Counted from the stretch's first letter, positions 29,999 through 39,669 are shown. The stretch is DNA of 64,000 nucleotides from an uncultured Micavibrio sp. (GCA_964587815.1 CAZPMH010000001.1:140857-204856); one strand, 5' to 3'. The notes: generated by a model from the sequence alone, not told the origin. A program made the numbers and translations.

Positions 29999-30658
29999 AT
30001 GCCCCTGCCGCAGAAACATTTTTATATGATCCGCCATGGTGAAACGGAAGCGAACGCCGCGCGTTTAATGGCGGGCAGTCTTGACTCACCGCTCACCGAT
30101 ACTGGAAAAGATCAAGCGCGCGCGGTTCAGGATGTTGTGCGCACTATGGATATTAAGCCTGCGGTTATTGTGCATAGTAACCTTTCACGAGCGCGCGATA
30201 CGGCGGCGATTATTAACGAAGCGCTGGATGTGCCGATGCATGAGGAGCCTGATATAGCCGAACTGCATGCAGGGGACTGGGAAGGTGTGCCGTATGATGA
30301 ATGTGCGGAGCTGCTATCAGGTTGGCCGACACCGCCGAACGGGGAATCGTTTGACGCATTTTGTGCGCGTATACAGCGCGGAAAGAAACGTATTTTAGAG
30401 GCGCATGACGGCCCTGTTTTGATGGTGTCACATGGTGGCGTGTTTCGCGCGCTTGGCGGGTTATATGGCTTGCAAACACCGGGCGTCTTTCGCAATTGTC
30501 ATATGTATGAATTTCAGCCTGCGACAGATCGCGGCTTTTTCCCGTGGGATGTTTATTCCTACGACTTTGATGCGGCCTCTCAGCCTGTGCGCCAGTCTGA
30601 ACCTGTTTTTCACGAAAGCCCGCGCTTGGATCAGGAGCCTGCGGAACGGATTGCCTGA
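29999..30658 (+). CDS. histidine phosphatase (phosphoglycerate mutase-like) family protein
   Basis: RHGETEAN catalytic motif at the N-terminus and SHGG second His motif. Confidence 0.8.
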   Translation: MPLPQKHFYMIRHGETEANAARLMAGSLDSPLTDTGKDQARAVQDVVRTMDIKPAVIVHSNLSRARDTAAIINEALDVPMHEEPDIAELHAGDWEGVPYDECAELLSGWPTPPNGESFDAFCARIQRGKKRILEAHDGPVLMVSHGGVFRALGGLYGLQTPGVFRNCHMYEFQPATDRGFFPWDVYSYDFDAASQPVRQSEPVFHESPRLDQEPAERIA

Positions 30659-31455
30659 TAGACGTCTACGGCCTGTTTGACTTCGCTGACATCATGGACG
30701 CGGTGGATTTCCACGCCCTGTTCTAACCCCGATAATGTTGCGGCGATTGTTCCCGGAATACGGCGCTCGGGGTTTGGAATGCTGCAGAGTTTGTCGATAA
30801 AACTTTTGCGGGAAACGCCGAGTAGTATCGGGCAGTCGAATTTTTTAAAGCGTTTTAGATTATTTAAAATTTTTAAATTATGCTGCAGCGTTTTGCCAAA
30901 GCCGATACCCGGGTCGAGGATGATGTTTTTTATTCCTGCGGCGTTGCATGTTTTTATTCGTTCAGCGAAGAAGTCTTCAATTTCAACGAGAATATCATCA
31001 TATTCAGGCTTAGATTGCATTGTTTCCGGCGTGCCTTGCATGTGCATGATGCAGACGGGCAGATTTGATTGTGTGGCGACCTCAATTGATTTTGGGTCAT
31101 GGGTCAGGCCGCTGACATCGTTGATGATGTTTGCGCCTGCGTCGATGGCGGCTTGCATGGTTTGGGCGTTGCGCGTGTCGATGGAGATGAATTTCGCTTT
31201 GCCTTCAAGCCCTTTGATCACAGGTATAACGCGGGATATTTCTTCATCTATGCTGACCGTTTCTGCGCCTGGGCGCGTAGATTCACCGCCGATGTCGAGG
31301 ATGTCTGCGCCTTGCTCTAATAATTTCACACCATGATTGATCGCCTCTTCTGCGCCGAGATAGTGTCCGCCATCCGAAAAGCTGTCAGGTGTTACATTGA
31401 CCACCCCCATAATGAGCGGCGTGCCTGCTTTGTACTGTTCCATAAGGTCGGTCAT
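30631..31455 (-). CDS. folP: dihydropteroate synthase
   Basis: MGVVNVTPDSFSDGG, DIGGESTRPG and DPGIGFGK motifs. Confidence 0.9.
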   Translation of the reverse strand: MTDLMEQYKAGTPLIMGVVNVTPDSFSDGGHYLGAEEAINHGVKLLEQGADILDIGGESTRPGAETVSIDEEISRVIPVIKGLEGKAKFISIDTRNAQTMQAAIDAGANIINDVSGLTHDPKSIEVATQSNLPVCIMHMQGTPETMQSKPEYDDILVEIEDFFAERIKTCNAAGIKNIILDPGIGFGKTLQHNLKILNNLKRFKKFDCPILLGVSRKSFIDKLCSIPNPERRIPGTIAATLSGLEQGVEIHRVHDVSEVKQAVDVYQAIRSAGS

Positions 31456-31997
31456 TTAATTACGACTCCTTCAATGCGCTCTATATCCTGCCCTGTCGGC
31501 ATTTCACTTATAAGCATGTCTGTAGTCTTGCCGATTACAGGATGAACCCAGTCGGGCGCAATTTCCAGCAAAGGTCTTAGTACGAATGCACGTTCATGCA
31601 TGCGTGGGTGCGGGATATGCAAGGTTTCGGTTTCGATGATTATGTCGTGATAGGCGATGAGGTCGAGATCAAGGCTGCGTGCTTCGTTTTGCGTATGACG
31701 GGTGCGGCCGTTTTCGTGTTCTATTTTTCTTAAGGCATTTAGAACATCGTGTGGTGTTTTGTCAGTTTCTACGTTGCATACGGCATTGTGATACCATGGC
31801 TGATCCGAAATCGGTACGGGTGCGGATTTCCAAATGTGTGACGCGTTTTGAACAAAAATATGCTCGTCCGCCAGAAAGCAGGTGCATTTTTTTAGTGTCT
31901 GTATTGGGGATCCGTGTGGCCCGTCAAGATTCGCGCCCAGAGCAATCAGTATCACATCTATGCCCTTTTTAGGCTGATCGTTGTTTACGAGCTCCAA
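31452..31997 (-). CDS. folK: 2-amino-4-hydroxy-6-hydroxymethyldihydropteridine diphosphokinase
   Basis: ALGANL...P, LDLDLI and PHPRMHERAFVL motifs. Start uncertain: TTG at 31997 or in-frame GTG at 31955. Confidence 0.85.
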   Translation of the reverse strand: MELVNNDQPKKGIDVILIALGANLDGPHGSPIQTLKKCTCFLADEHIFVQNASHIWKSAPVPISDQPWYHNAVCNVETDKTPHDVLNALRKIEHENGRTRHTQNEARSLDLDLIAYHDIIIETETLHIPHPRMHERAFVLRPLLEIAPDWVHPVIGKTTDMLISEMPTGQDIERIEGVVIK

Positions 31998-32581
31998 GAC
32001 CGTACTTTGCCGGTATCGACATGCACAAAGCCACTTCGCGGGTAATACCCTACGCCGCCGGCTTGCAAACTACGGGCAGCATTGCGGACTTTCTTTGTGC
32101 TCACACCTTTTATGCGCAGGTCAACGGCTTGACCGTACATATGAAAGGAATTTGATGCAACGCCGTTCGACCTTTTGCCGAGCATGGCGTTTGTCTTCGG
32201 GCTACGATAGCCGGAAAGTACCTGAAATGGTTTGTCCGTGTTTAGCTTGTTATGGATGATGGCCATGATATCAATGACATGCGGATCCATCGGGAAAACT
32301 TCTTTTGTGCGGAAATCGCGCATAACGTAATTAATACGCTCGAATGCCTGTGGCAGGTATTTATTGCCTACGCGGTATACACCGGAAAAACTTTCATCTG
32401 TGTGGGCATTATGAAATGAAATTTTCCACGGGGTGTTTGACTTTGCCGCTAATGCTGCGTTCGTTAATGAGAAGGGCAATATAGAGCCCAATATGCCAGC
32501 TAAGCCGAACTTCAAAACATCTCTGCGCTGCTGTAGCAGGCGTTCATCTGTTGCTTGTTCATCAAAAAATTTATTCGTCAT
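31985..32581 (-). CDS. DUF882 / peptidase M15A family protein, MepK(YcbK)-like, Tat-exported
   Basis: Twin-arginine signal QQRRDVLKFGLAG. M15 zinc-site elements (SGYRSP, SFHMYGQAVD, FVHVD). ATG at 32581 with an AGGAA RBS. Confidence 0.75.
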   Translation of the reverse strand: MTNKFFDEQATDERLLQQRRDVLKFGLAGILGSILPFSLTNAALAAKSNTPWKISFHNAHTDESFSGVYRVGNKYLPQAFERINYVMRDFRTKEVFPMDPHVIDIMAIIHNKLNTDKPFQVLSGYRSPKTNAMLGKRSNGVASNSFHMYGQAVDLRIKGVSTKKVRNAARSLQAGGVGYYPRSGFVHVDTGKVRSWSS

Positions 32582-32734
32582 GGTGTTTCCTAAATTCGTA
32601 TAAAACATACAGTGCAAGTGCTATGCCATGATTTGTTACTGTATTGTGATAAAGATTGATCCGAAAAAATTCAAGAAAAAACAAATTTCACGGTTCTGTC
32701 AGATGTGCAAAAACATGTAGACTTTGTTTATGCA

Positions 32735-34351
32735 TCAACCTTCAGTATCACCGATTTTTGGAAAACCGTCAAGTTTTTCCAACGCTTCAATCATGCGTTG
32801 GTCATAGCCATAAATATCCTGTCCATAGACCACTTGGCCTTCTGCGCCGAGCCAGACAGTATAGTACAAAAGATAAACGGGAATTTTTTCTGAGGTGTAG
32901 ATGTCGGTAACCTCGCCTGTTTTTAGGATGTCCTGCATTTTGCTCTCGTCCCAGTTGCGGCGATTTTTTAAAACGTATCGCGCGATATCGTCGGGGTTTT
33001 TCATACGGATGCAGCCCGAAGACAGTGCGCGGTCTGTTTTGTAGAAAAGGCCGCGTTCGTTGGTGTCATGGAGGTAGATATTATATTCATTCGGCATAAG
33101 AATACGGAAGCGGCCCAACGGGTTGTGTGCACCCGGAATTTGTACCATGCGCAAGCCATGTAAGTCTTGTTCGGTTACGGCATGCCAATCTATTGCGGTG
33201 GGGTCAAGCGTTGGCGCATCTTTCGCATACCCGTCAAACAGCTCCATTCCCTTTGATGCTAAATATGTTGCATCTTCCTTTAGTTTAGGCCAGATATCCT
33301 CTTCTTTGATGGTTGGCGGCACAGTCCATGTCGGATTGAATCGAACGCCATGTATATAGGTTACAAACGAGAGAGTTTCACGTTTTTTACGCCCCACGAC
33401 GACAGGCATTTCATGCAGCACGACACCGTCCTCTATAGCCCACAGGCTGGCTGAGGGGATGTTGACAACCACAAAACGGCTTGGCTTTTCATCTTCAACC
33501 CAACGCAGGCGCTCCATATTCACCATAATCTGTTTGATTTTTGCACCTGTTGTCAGGTTCAGCGCGTGTATCGTTTGTTTGCCAATTATGCCATCAGGCT
33601 TTAACCCTTGGCTTTGCTGGAAATTTTTTACGGCCTGCACCAATTCGACATCATATGTGTTTTGATCGTTGGCGCGCTCAGGCGGTAATATCATGTTCAG
33701 CCGTGCCCTCAAGGTTGGCATGGCAGTACTTATATTGCCCGGATAGAGGGTTTTTTCGATTTGGACAACGGGAAGGCTCTGTTTGCCTTCCTTCTGTTTA
33801 TTCACCAGTGCGATCAGTTCGGATTTTAACGCTTGGTAGGTTCGGGTCTGAGGCTCCTGCACCTTTAGAAAAGCGGCAATGTTCCGTGCATGATCGGGCA
33901 GGTATGATAAGGCCAGTTGCGCAGACACTTTCTGGCGCCAATCTTTCGCACGCAACGATAGTGTGGAAGCCTCAACACGCATACCTGATATATCGCGAAT
34001 GTAACCTGTGTATGCACTGGTTAGAAGTAGCTCAAGATGAAGAGCAGTTTCGCTGTTCATGGCCTCACCACCGTTGGTTTTAGCCAGAATGTTTTGTATT
34101 TCTTTATTGTAGTAATTGTTTGGGTTTAGTCCGTTTTGCCACGCGTCATTAAGAACACCGGCCAATGCTTTACCCTGTGTTGTTAGAGCGCCTTGATCGT
34201 CAATCCAAACCGGCGTTCCCTGACGCGTTAGATAGAAGGTGTCGATTTGCGGTTTATATTTCAGCGGTGCAAAATGCGTGGCGTTCTGTTGCGCGCGCGC
34301 GGACAACGCCAAAAGCAGAAATGCCGCGGTTATAATGGCCGCGACTGTCAT
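32735..34351 (-). CDS. L,D-transpeptidase (YcbB/LdtD-like) with peptidoglycan-binding domain
   Basis: PG_binding_1 segment (AVKNFQQSQGLKPDGIIGKQT) and YkuD catalytic motif HDTNERGLFYKTDRALSSGCIRM. The ATG at 34351 avoids overlap with ilvD. Confidence 0.85.
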   Translation of the reverse strand: MTVAAIITAAFLLLALSARAQQNATHFAPLKYKPQIDTFYLTRQGTPVWIDDQGALTTQGKALAGVLNDAWQNGLNPNNYYNKEIQNILAKTNGGEAMNSETALHLELLLTSAYTGYIRDISGMRVEASTLSLRAKDWRQKVSAQLALSYLPDHARNIAAFLKVQEPQTRTYQALKSELIALVNKQKEGKQSLPVVQIEKTLYPGNISTAMPTLRARLNMILPPERANDQNTYDVELVQAVKNFQQSQGLKPDGIIGKQTIHALNLTTGAKIKQIMVNMERLRWVEDEKPSRFVVVNIPSASLWAIEDGVVLHEMPVVVGRKKRETLSFVTYIHGVRFNPTWTVPPTIKEEDIWPKLKEDATYLASKGMELFDGYAKDAPTLDPTAIDWHAVTEQDLHGLRMVQIPGAHNPLGRFRILMPNEYNIYLHDTNERGLFYKTDRALSSGCIRMKNPDDIARYVLKNRRNWDESKMQDILKTGEVTDIYTSEKIPVYLLYYTVWLGAEGQVVYGQDIYGYDQRMIEALEKLDGFPKIGDTEG

Positions 34352-34370
34352 CTGTTTCAATATATGGCGT

Positions 34371-36113
34371 TTACAGGTCAACAAAGGTATGTGTCTCCTC
34401 TTTCGCACCGGGATGTGTTACAGCTCCGTATTGAGCGGAGCCGACAAGAGCAGCGTATTTTTGCAATGCGCCTGAATTATAATCGGTTTTACGCGGTGTC
34501 CAGTTTTTGCGACGTTCTGCAAGTTCCTCTTCGCTGAGGTTTACATCAAGCGTGCCTTTTTCTGCGTCTATTGAAATGATGTCACCATCTTTGATCAAGC
34601 CGATCGGGCCACCAACTGCGGCTTCGGGGCCAAGGTGGCCGATACAGAAGCCGCGCGTTCCGCCGGAAAAACGTCCATCAGTGATCAATGCAACTTTTGC
34701 GCCTTGACCATATAGCGCCGCTGTAGTGGAGAGCATCTCACGCATGCCCGGGCCGCCTTTCGGACCTTCGTAGCGGATAACAATGACTTCGCCATCCTCG
34801 TATTGTTTTGCCTGAACCGCGTCAAAAGCGGCTTGTTCCCCATCAAAGACGCGTGCGGGCCCTTCGAAGGTGAGTTCTTCCAACCCGGCGATTTTTACGA
34901 TTGCACCTTCCGGGGCAAGGTTGCCTTTCAGGCCGACCACGCCACCTGTCGGATGAATCGGGTTAGAGCATGGGAACACCACGTCTTGGTTTTCAGGTAG
35001 CGTTACATCAGCATAATTTTCCGCCAGTGTTTTTCCCGTGACCGTGATACAGTCGCCGTGCATAAAGCCGTTATCCAGCAATTCTTTGATCACAACACCC
35101 ACGCCGCCGATATCGAAGAGGTCTTTGGCGACATATTTTCCGCCCGGTCGTAAGTTTGCAATGAGTGGAGTTTTTTTAAATATTTCGGCTACGTCTTCAA
35201 GCGGGAAGTCGATTCCTGCCTCATGTGCGATTGCGGGAAGGTGGAGAGCGGCGTTGGTTGAGCCGCCTGTTGCCGCTACGATAGCCGCTGCGTTTTCCAA
35301 TGATTTGCGCGTGACCACATCGCGAGGATACGGGCCACCGTTTTTGATCAGGTTCATGACCGCCTCGCCCGATGCTTTGGCATATTCATCACGGCTTTCA
35401 TATGGTGCAGGTGCGCCTGCGGAGTGCGGAATAGCCAAACCCATCGCCTCGGAGACGCAGGCCATCGTGTTCGCGGTGAATTGACCGCCGCATGCGCCTG
35501 CGGATGGACAAGCTACGCATTCCAGTTCTTTCAAATCTGCATCGGTAAATTCGCCTTTTGCGTGTTTTCCTACACCTTCGAATACGTTTACGATGTCAAC
35601 ATCTTGGCCGCGGAATTTGCCTGGCAGGATTGTGCCACCATACATGAATACGGATGGGACGTTCAGGCGCACCATCACCATCATCATGCCCGGTAATGAC
35701 TTATCACAGCCCGCAAGGCCGACAAGCGCATCATAGCAGTGCCCGCGCATCGTGAGTTCAACCGAGTCCGCGATGGCCTCACGGCTCGCAAGGGATGAAC
35801 GCATTCCTTCATGGCCCATGGCAATACCATCTGTGACGGTGATGGTGGTGAATTCACGCGGTGTACCTTTTGTTTCCTTCACGCCGACCTTAACGGCTTG
35901 CGCCTGACGAGATAGAGCGATGTTACAGGGCGCAGCTTCGTTCCAGCAGGTTGCGACACCGACGAGTGGCTGGTGAATTTCTTCTTCGGTTAAGCCCATC
36001 GCGTAATAATAGGCGCGGTGCGGTGCGCTTTTTGCGCCTTCGGTGACGTAACGGCTTACAAGTTTGTCTTTATCCCATCCGTTTGGATGTGCGCGTTTTT
36101 CATCGTAAGTCAT
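34371..36113 (-). CDS. ilvD: dihydroxy-acid dehydratase
   Basis: 580 aa. IlvD/Edd motifs [10 protein letters not shown] and [12 protein letters not shown]-like ([14 protein letters not shown]). Confidence 0.95.
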   Translation of the reverse strand: MTYDEKRAHPNGWDKDKLVSRYVTEGAKSAPHRAYYYAMGLTEEEIHQPLVGVATCWNEAAPCNIALSRQAQAVKVGVKETKGTPREFTTITVTDGIAMGHEGMRSSLASREAIADSVELTMRGHCYDALVGLAGCDKSLPGMMMVMVRLNVPSVFMYGGTILPGKFRGQDVDIVNVFEGVGKHAKGEFTDADLKELECVACPSAGACGGQFTANTMACVSEAMGLAIPHSAGAPAPYESRDEYAKASGEAVMNLIKNGGPYPRDVVTRKSLENAAAIVAATGGSTNAALHLPAIAHEAGIDFPLEDVAEIFKKTPLIANLRPGGKYVAKDLFDIGGVGVVIKELLDNGFMHGDCITVTGKTLAENYADVTLPENQDVVFPCSNPIHPTGGVVGLKGNLAPEGAIVKIAGLEELTFEGPARVFDGEQAAFDAVQAKQYEDGEVIVIRYEGPKGGPGMREMLSTTAALYGQGAKVALITDGRFSGGTRGFCIGHLGPEAAVGGPIGLIKDGDIISIDAEKGTLDVNLSEEELAERRKNWTPRKTDYNSGALQKYAALVGSAQYGAVTHPGAKEETHTFVDL

Positions 36114-36207
36114 TGTTTATAATCCTGCGTTATCTTTTGTAATACCCGTCATTACTAGCGGATACAGGGCGATCAATCAATATCTGCGCGTGGCTTTATG
36201 AACATAT

Positions 36208-36241
36208 TAAAAGCCCCAAAACACGTTCGGGGCTCTTTTTT
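36208..36241 (-). terminator. rho-independent terminator (potentially bidirectional) after the bPH_2 gene pair
   Basis: Stem AGCCCC (36212-36217) / GGGGCT (36229-36234) with T-runs on both strands. It lies 30 nt past the 36271 stop. Confidence 0.55.
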
Positions 36242-36270
36242 AATCTTATGCCTCCAACAAGGCAGAAAAC

Positions 36271-36900
36271 TTAGACCTTGTTTCTTTTATTCATTGGCTT
36301 TCCTGCCTGCTCGACAATCTGCTCTTGAAGGTTTCGCACCTCTTCTTCGCCTTCTTCACTGCCCTCTTCAGCCAAAACCATTTCGTTGTAGAAACGGCGG
36401 AAAGCTTCGGCGTTGGAGATGTAGGGCACGCGCAGCATACGGTTACCCGTTCCCATCACGACCACATTCGCGTAGCCGAAAATGTGACCCGGGAGCATAC
36501 GCTCAAGGTCAATACTTTCGATTTTACTGAGGCGAATATCGACCACATCCATTTGAAGCAGGCCATATCGTGCCAGCACACGTTTATTCGTGATTGCCAA
36601 CAACAGATAATGTTGAGTTAAAATAGAGACAGCCAACATCAGTAGACCGACAAAACCGAAAAGGAAGCCAAACGCGGTGATTGATGTTATAAAGAAAATG
36701 CAGGCCAAAATCAGCACTGCAACGGTTTTCCAATAAAGCGCTCCGTGTAAGTTTGCCCTTAAAATCACTTCTTCGCCGCGCACCATCATGCGCTCTAGTT
36801 CTTTATCCTGAAAAGTTTTGAACTTTTTTTGACGCTGCTTTGGTTGCGGGTTTTTCGTTTTTCTTTCCGCTTTCTTTTGATCTTTTTTGTTGTCTGTCAT
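36271..36900 (-). CDS. membrane bPH_2 (YdbS/YdbT-like bacterial PH) domain protein
   Basis: Lys-rich N-tail, TM hairpin (VAVLILACIFFITSITAFGFLFGFVGLLMLAV), then a bPH core LLLAITNKRVLARYGLLQMDVVDIRLSKIESIDLER. Confidence 0.7.
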   Translation of the reverse strand: MTDNKKDQKKAERKTKNPQPKQRQKKFKTFQDKELERMMVRGEEVILRANLHGALYWKTVAVLILACIFFITSITAFGFLFGFVGLLMLAVSILTQHYLLLAITNKRVLARYGLLQMDVVDIRLSKIESIDLERMLPGHIFGYANVVVMGTGNRMLRVPYISNAEAFRRFYNEMVLAEEGSEEGEEEVRNLQEQIVEQAGKPMNKRNKV

Positions 36901-37427
36901 CGTGCCTTCGCCTCCTCTATCCCTCTACGGAATGAAATTGGATCCTCAATCGGAGGCAACAAGACCTCCCCCACACCCATACCACGCACCATAACCCTGC
37001 CATAATTGAAGATACGGCCTAAAACGGGCTGCAAAACATTTACACCTTCAATACGGTCAATACTGATTTCGCCAACGTGACGCGCGACAAGCCCGCGTTT
37101 ATACACAAGACGATTATTTGTAATAGCAATTTCGGTTGTGACCTTCGTCACCATCATTTGTGCGAATTTCACCAAACCAAGCACAAAGAATAAAAATGCA
37201 CCGACGCGCACGCCGGGATGAATAATTTGGATAGATTTAAAAAAGCCTGTGTTTGGCGGCAATTTCCCTAAGAAGCTGTAGGCGTTATACGCGATGATCA
37301 TAATGACGATGGCGCCAAAAAAGCCCCATACGATCGACATGAACGCGTTTACTGTATACATCCAATGGAATTTTCCAACGTGAATTAGCTCTTCATCAGG
37401 GCCGAGAGATTGTTGAACATAAAGCAT
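36897..37427 (-). CDS. membrane bPH_2 (YdbS/YdbT-like bacterial PH) domain protein
   Basis: TM hairpin followed by a bPH core EIAITNNRLVYKRGLVARHVGEISIDRIEGVNVLQPVLGRIF. Its stop overlaps the next start (ATGA). Confidence 0.7.
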   Translation of the reverse strand: MLYVQQSLGPDEELIHVGKFHWMYTVNAFMSIVWGFFGAIVIMIIAYNAYSFLGKLPPNTGFFKSIQIIHPGVRVGAFLFFVLGLVKFAQMMVTKVTTEIAITNNRLVYKRGLVARHVGEISIDRIEGVNVLQPVLGRIFNYGRVMVRGMGVGEVLLPPIEDPISFRRGIEEAKAR

Positions 37428-37572
37428 TAATTAAATCACTTTTTCATAATAAAATATTAGAGTAATAGAGTATATATGTTCTGCGCACCCTGCAAGTTTG
37501 AAATTACTTTAAATGTGCGGATTTACACATATTTATTAAAGTCATACAGAATTTGAAGAGAATTTACTCTTT

Positions 37573-38661
37573 TTAATCGCCGAGCGAGATACCTAACGCT
37601 CGTGCCGTATGAACAAGCATACCATCTTTTTCGACAATGTGACATTCTTTGATTGCATCTTCAATCGGCACGTCAACAACGCCGTCATTTTGCCAGGCGA
37701 CCATGCGGCCGTATTTTCCATCGGCGAGCAAATCAACGGCGCGCACGCCAAAAGCTGATGCCAACAGGCGGTCATTGTATGTGGGCCCTGCGCCACGCTG
37801 GACGTGCCCCAGAACAGTCACGCGCGTTTCGGAATTTGTGGCCTGAGCGATTTTAACGCCGAGATAGTCCCCTATTCCGCCGTAACGGGTTTCGCCGCCA
37901 TGATAGACAACTTCGTGTTTGCGCCCGTCGGGTGTTTTAACGGCTTCTGAGACGATGACGAGAGCGAAATTGCGTCCTGTTTCTTTTACGGCCTTAATTT
38001 TTTCGGCGATTTTGTCGATACTGTAGGGAATTTCGGGAATAAGGATAACATCTGCGCCGCCTGCGATGCCTGCAGTGAGGGCGATGTGGCCTGCGTCTCT
38101 TCCCATTACCTCTAAGATCATCACACGGTCGTGGCTGGCGGCGGTAGGTTGCAGGCGGTCTAAAGCTTCGGTTGCGACGGAAACAGCTGTATCATAGCCG
38201 ACGGCGAAATCGGTCATGAAAACATCATTATCAATTGTTTTCGGTACGCCGACGAAGTTTAAGTTTCCTTGCTTGACCAGCTTATTCAGGATCGCGAAGC
38301 TGCCGTCACCGCCGATGCCGATGAGTGATTCAACGCCCAAGCCTTTGAGTGACGCAATCAGCTCGTCTGAACGATCTTTCACGCTGCCATCAGGCATTTC
38401 GTATGAAAACGGATTGCGGGAATTTGTGGTTCCTAGAATTGTGCCGCCCATGCGCATGACGCTTGTGTCGAAATCAGCGGGCTTTAATTCGCGGTAGCGT
38501 GGCGGATCGTCGAGCAAGCCTGCCGTACCATTTTCTATACCGATGACTTCCCACCCCAGCCCGTGTGCGCGAATGACAGCAGCGCGCATAACGGCGTTGA
38601 GGCCGGCGCAGTCTCCGCCACTGGTGAAAATTGCAATTTTTTTATTTTGGGATTGGGGCAT
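37573..38661 (-). CDS. 6-phosphofructokinase (phosphoryl donor uncertain)
   Basis: PfkA-family motifs GGDGS, PKTIDND and MGRDAGH. 362 aa. Confidence 0.85.
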   Translation of the reverse strand: MPQSQNKKIAIFTSGGDCAGLNAVMRAAVIRAHGLGWEVIGIENGTAGLLDDPPRYRELKPADFDTSVMRMGGTILGTTNSRNPFSYEMPDGSVKDRSDELIASLKGLGVESLIGIGGDGSFAILNKLVKQGNLNFVGVPKTIDNDVFMTDFAVGYDTAVSVATEALDRLQPTAASHDRVMILEVMGRDAGHIALTAGIAGGADVILIPEIPYSIDKIAEKIKAVKETGRNFALVIVSEAVKTPDGRKHEVVYHGGETRYGGIGDYLGVKIAQATNSETRVTVLGHVQRGAGPTYNDRLLASAFGVRAVDLLADGKYGRMVAWQNDGVVDVPIEDAIKECHIVEKDGMLVHTARALGISLGD

Positions 38662-38782
38662 GGTCTCTCAGCGTTGTTTGTTAATTCTATTCATTACTTT
38701 AGGCTTAAAAGGCTACATGATTCCTTGTTATTATCAAATGAAGTCTTTCTGGCCGCGCCCTTTATGGTGGAAAAGTTTTATT

Positions 38783-38811
38783 TTATTTTACAGGGCATTA
38801 TGTGATATAAT
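38783..38811 (+). promoter_or_regulatory. candidate sigma-70 promoter with extended -10 (TGaTATAAT)
   Basis: TG-A-TATAAT at 38803-38811, about 54 nt upstream of the DUF465 ATG. The -35 (TTATTT) is poor. Pattern match only. Confidence 0.35.
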
Positions 38812-38864
38812 CTATGTTCAATTTTTAAATTATATCAATAAACAAATAGTGTTTTTTAAATATT

Positions 38865-39071
38865 ATGCAAGAAGATCAAGAAGATTTGAAGCTGAAACTC
38901 AGTGAGTATCGCGGAGAACATCAGGCGCTTGATGCGCTGATTGAAACGGCTGTTAGCAGCGAGCAGCCTGTTAATTTGCTTCATATGCAACAGCTCAAAA
39001 AAAAGAAGCTGTGGTTGAAAGATATGATACAGAAATTAGAAAGCGCGCTGATCGACGATATTATTGCATAA
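38865..39071 (+). CDS. DUF465 (YdcH-like) family protein
   Basis: 68 aa, helical. EH.ALD..I and LKKKKLWLKD motifs typical of DUF465. Confidence 0.7.
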   Translation: MQEDQEDLKLKLSEYRGEHQALDALIETAVSSEQPVNLLHMQQLKKKKLWLKDMIQKLESALIDDIIA

Positions 39072-39115
39072 TCAAACTATGCAGTTTTAAATAATTGCGT
39101 GCAAAAGGTTTCTCT

Positions 39116-39143
39116 ACCCCCTTGCTTTGGTTAGGGGGTTTTT
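39116..39143 (+). terminator. rho-independent terminator
   Basis: CCCCC (39117-39121) / GGGGG (39134-39138) stem with a 12-nt loop, followed by TTTTT. It sits between the DUF465 gene and the purE ATG at 39157. Confidence 0.5.
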
Positions 39144-39156
39144 CTATAACTGCTTT

Positions 39157-39654
39157 ATGACACATTCAGATGATAATCCAGATGTCGGCATTATTATGGG
39201 GTCTCAGTCGGACTGGGAAACCATGAAGGCCGCGCACACGATTTTACACGATATGGGCGTTGCGCATGAATGCCGTATTGTTTCCGCACACCGTACACCT
39301 GAACGCATGACTGACTACGCAACGCAGGCTTTGACGCGCGGTATTCAAGTGATTATTGCAGGTGCCGGAGGGGCTGCGCATTTACCCGGTATGGTGGCAA
39401 GCATGACACCGCTGCCCGTTCTTGGTGTTCCTGTTGAGAGTAAAGCATTGAAAGGCATGGACAGCTTGTTATCCATCGCGCAAATGCCTGGTGGTGTGCC
39501 TGTCGGCACACTTGCGATCGGTCAGGCGGGCGCGAAAAACGCAGCGTTGCTTGCGTGCTCTATTCTCGGGCTTTCTGATGAAACCATCATGGCGAAGTTG
39601 ATGGCTTATCGTGAGAAGCAGAGCCAGAGCGTTGCGGAACATCCCACGGATTAA
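39157..39654 (+). CDS. purE: 5-(carboxyamino)imidazole ribonucleotide mutase
   Basis: [16 protein letters not shown] and AGGAAHLPG motifs. I prefer the ATG at 39157, because the ORF-track TTG at 39127 lies inside the terminator hairpin. Confidence 0.95.
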   Translation: MTHSDDNPDVGIIMGSQSDWETMKAAHTILHDMGVAHECRIVSAHRTPERMTDYATQALTRGIQVIIAGAGGAAHLPGMVASMTPLPVLGVPVESKALKGMDSLLSIAQMPGGVPVGTLAIGQAGAKNAALLACSILGLSDETIMAKLMAYREKQSQSVAEHPTD

Positions 39655-39669
39655 AACAGGTCGTCGTTT

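Noticed and set aside
30677-31336. 219-aa plus-strand ORF antisense to folP
   Set aside because: It is a shadow ORF of a gene carrying all dihydropteroate synthase motifs.
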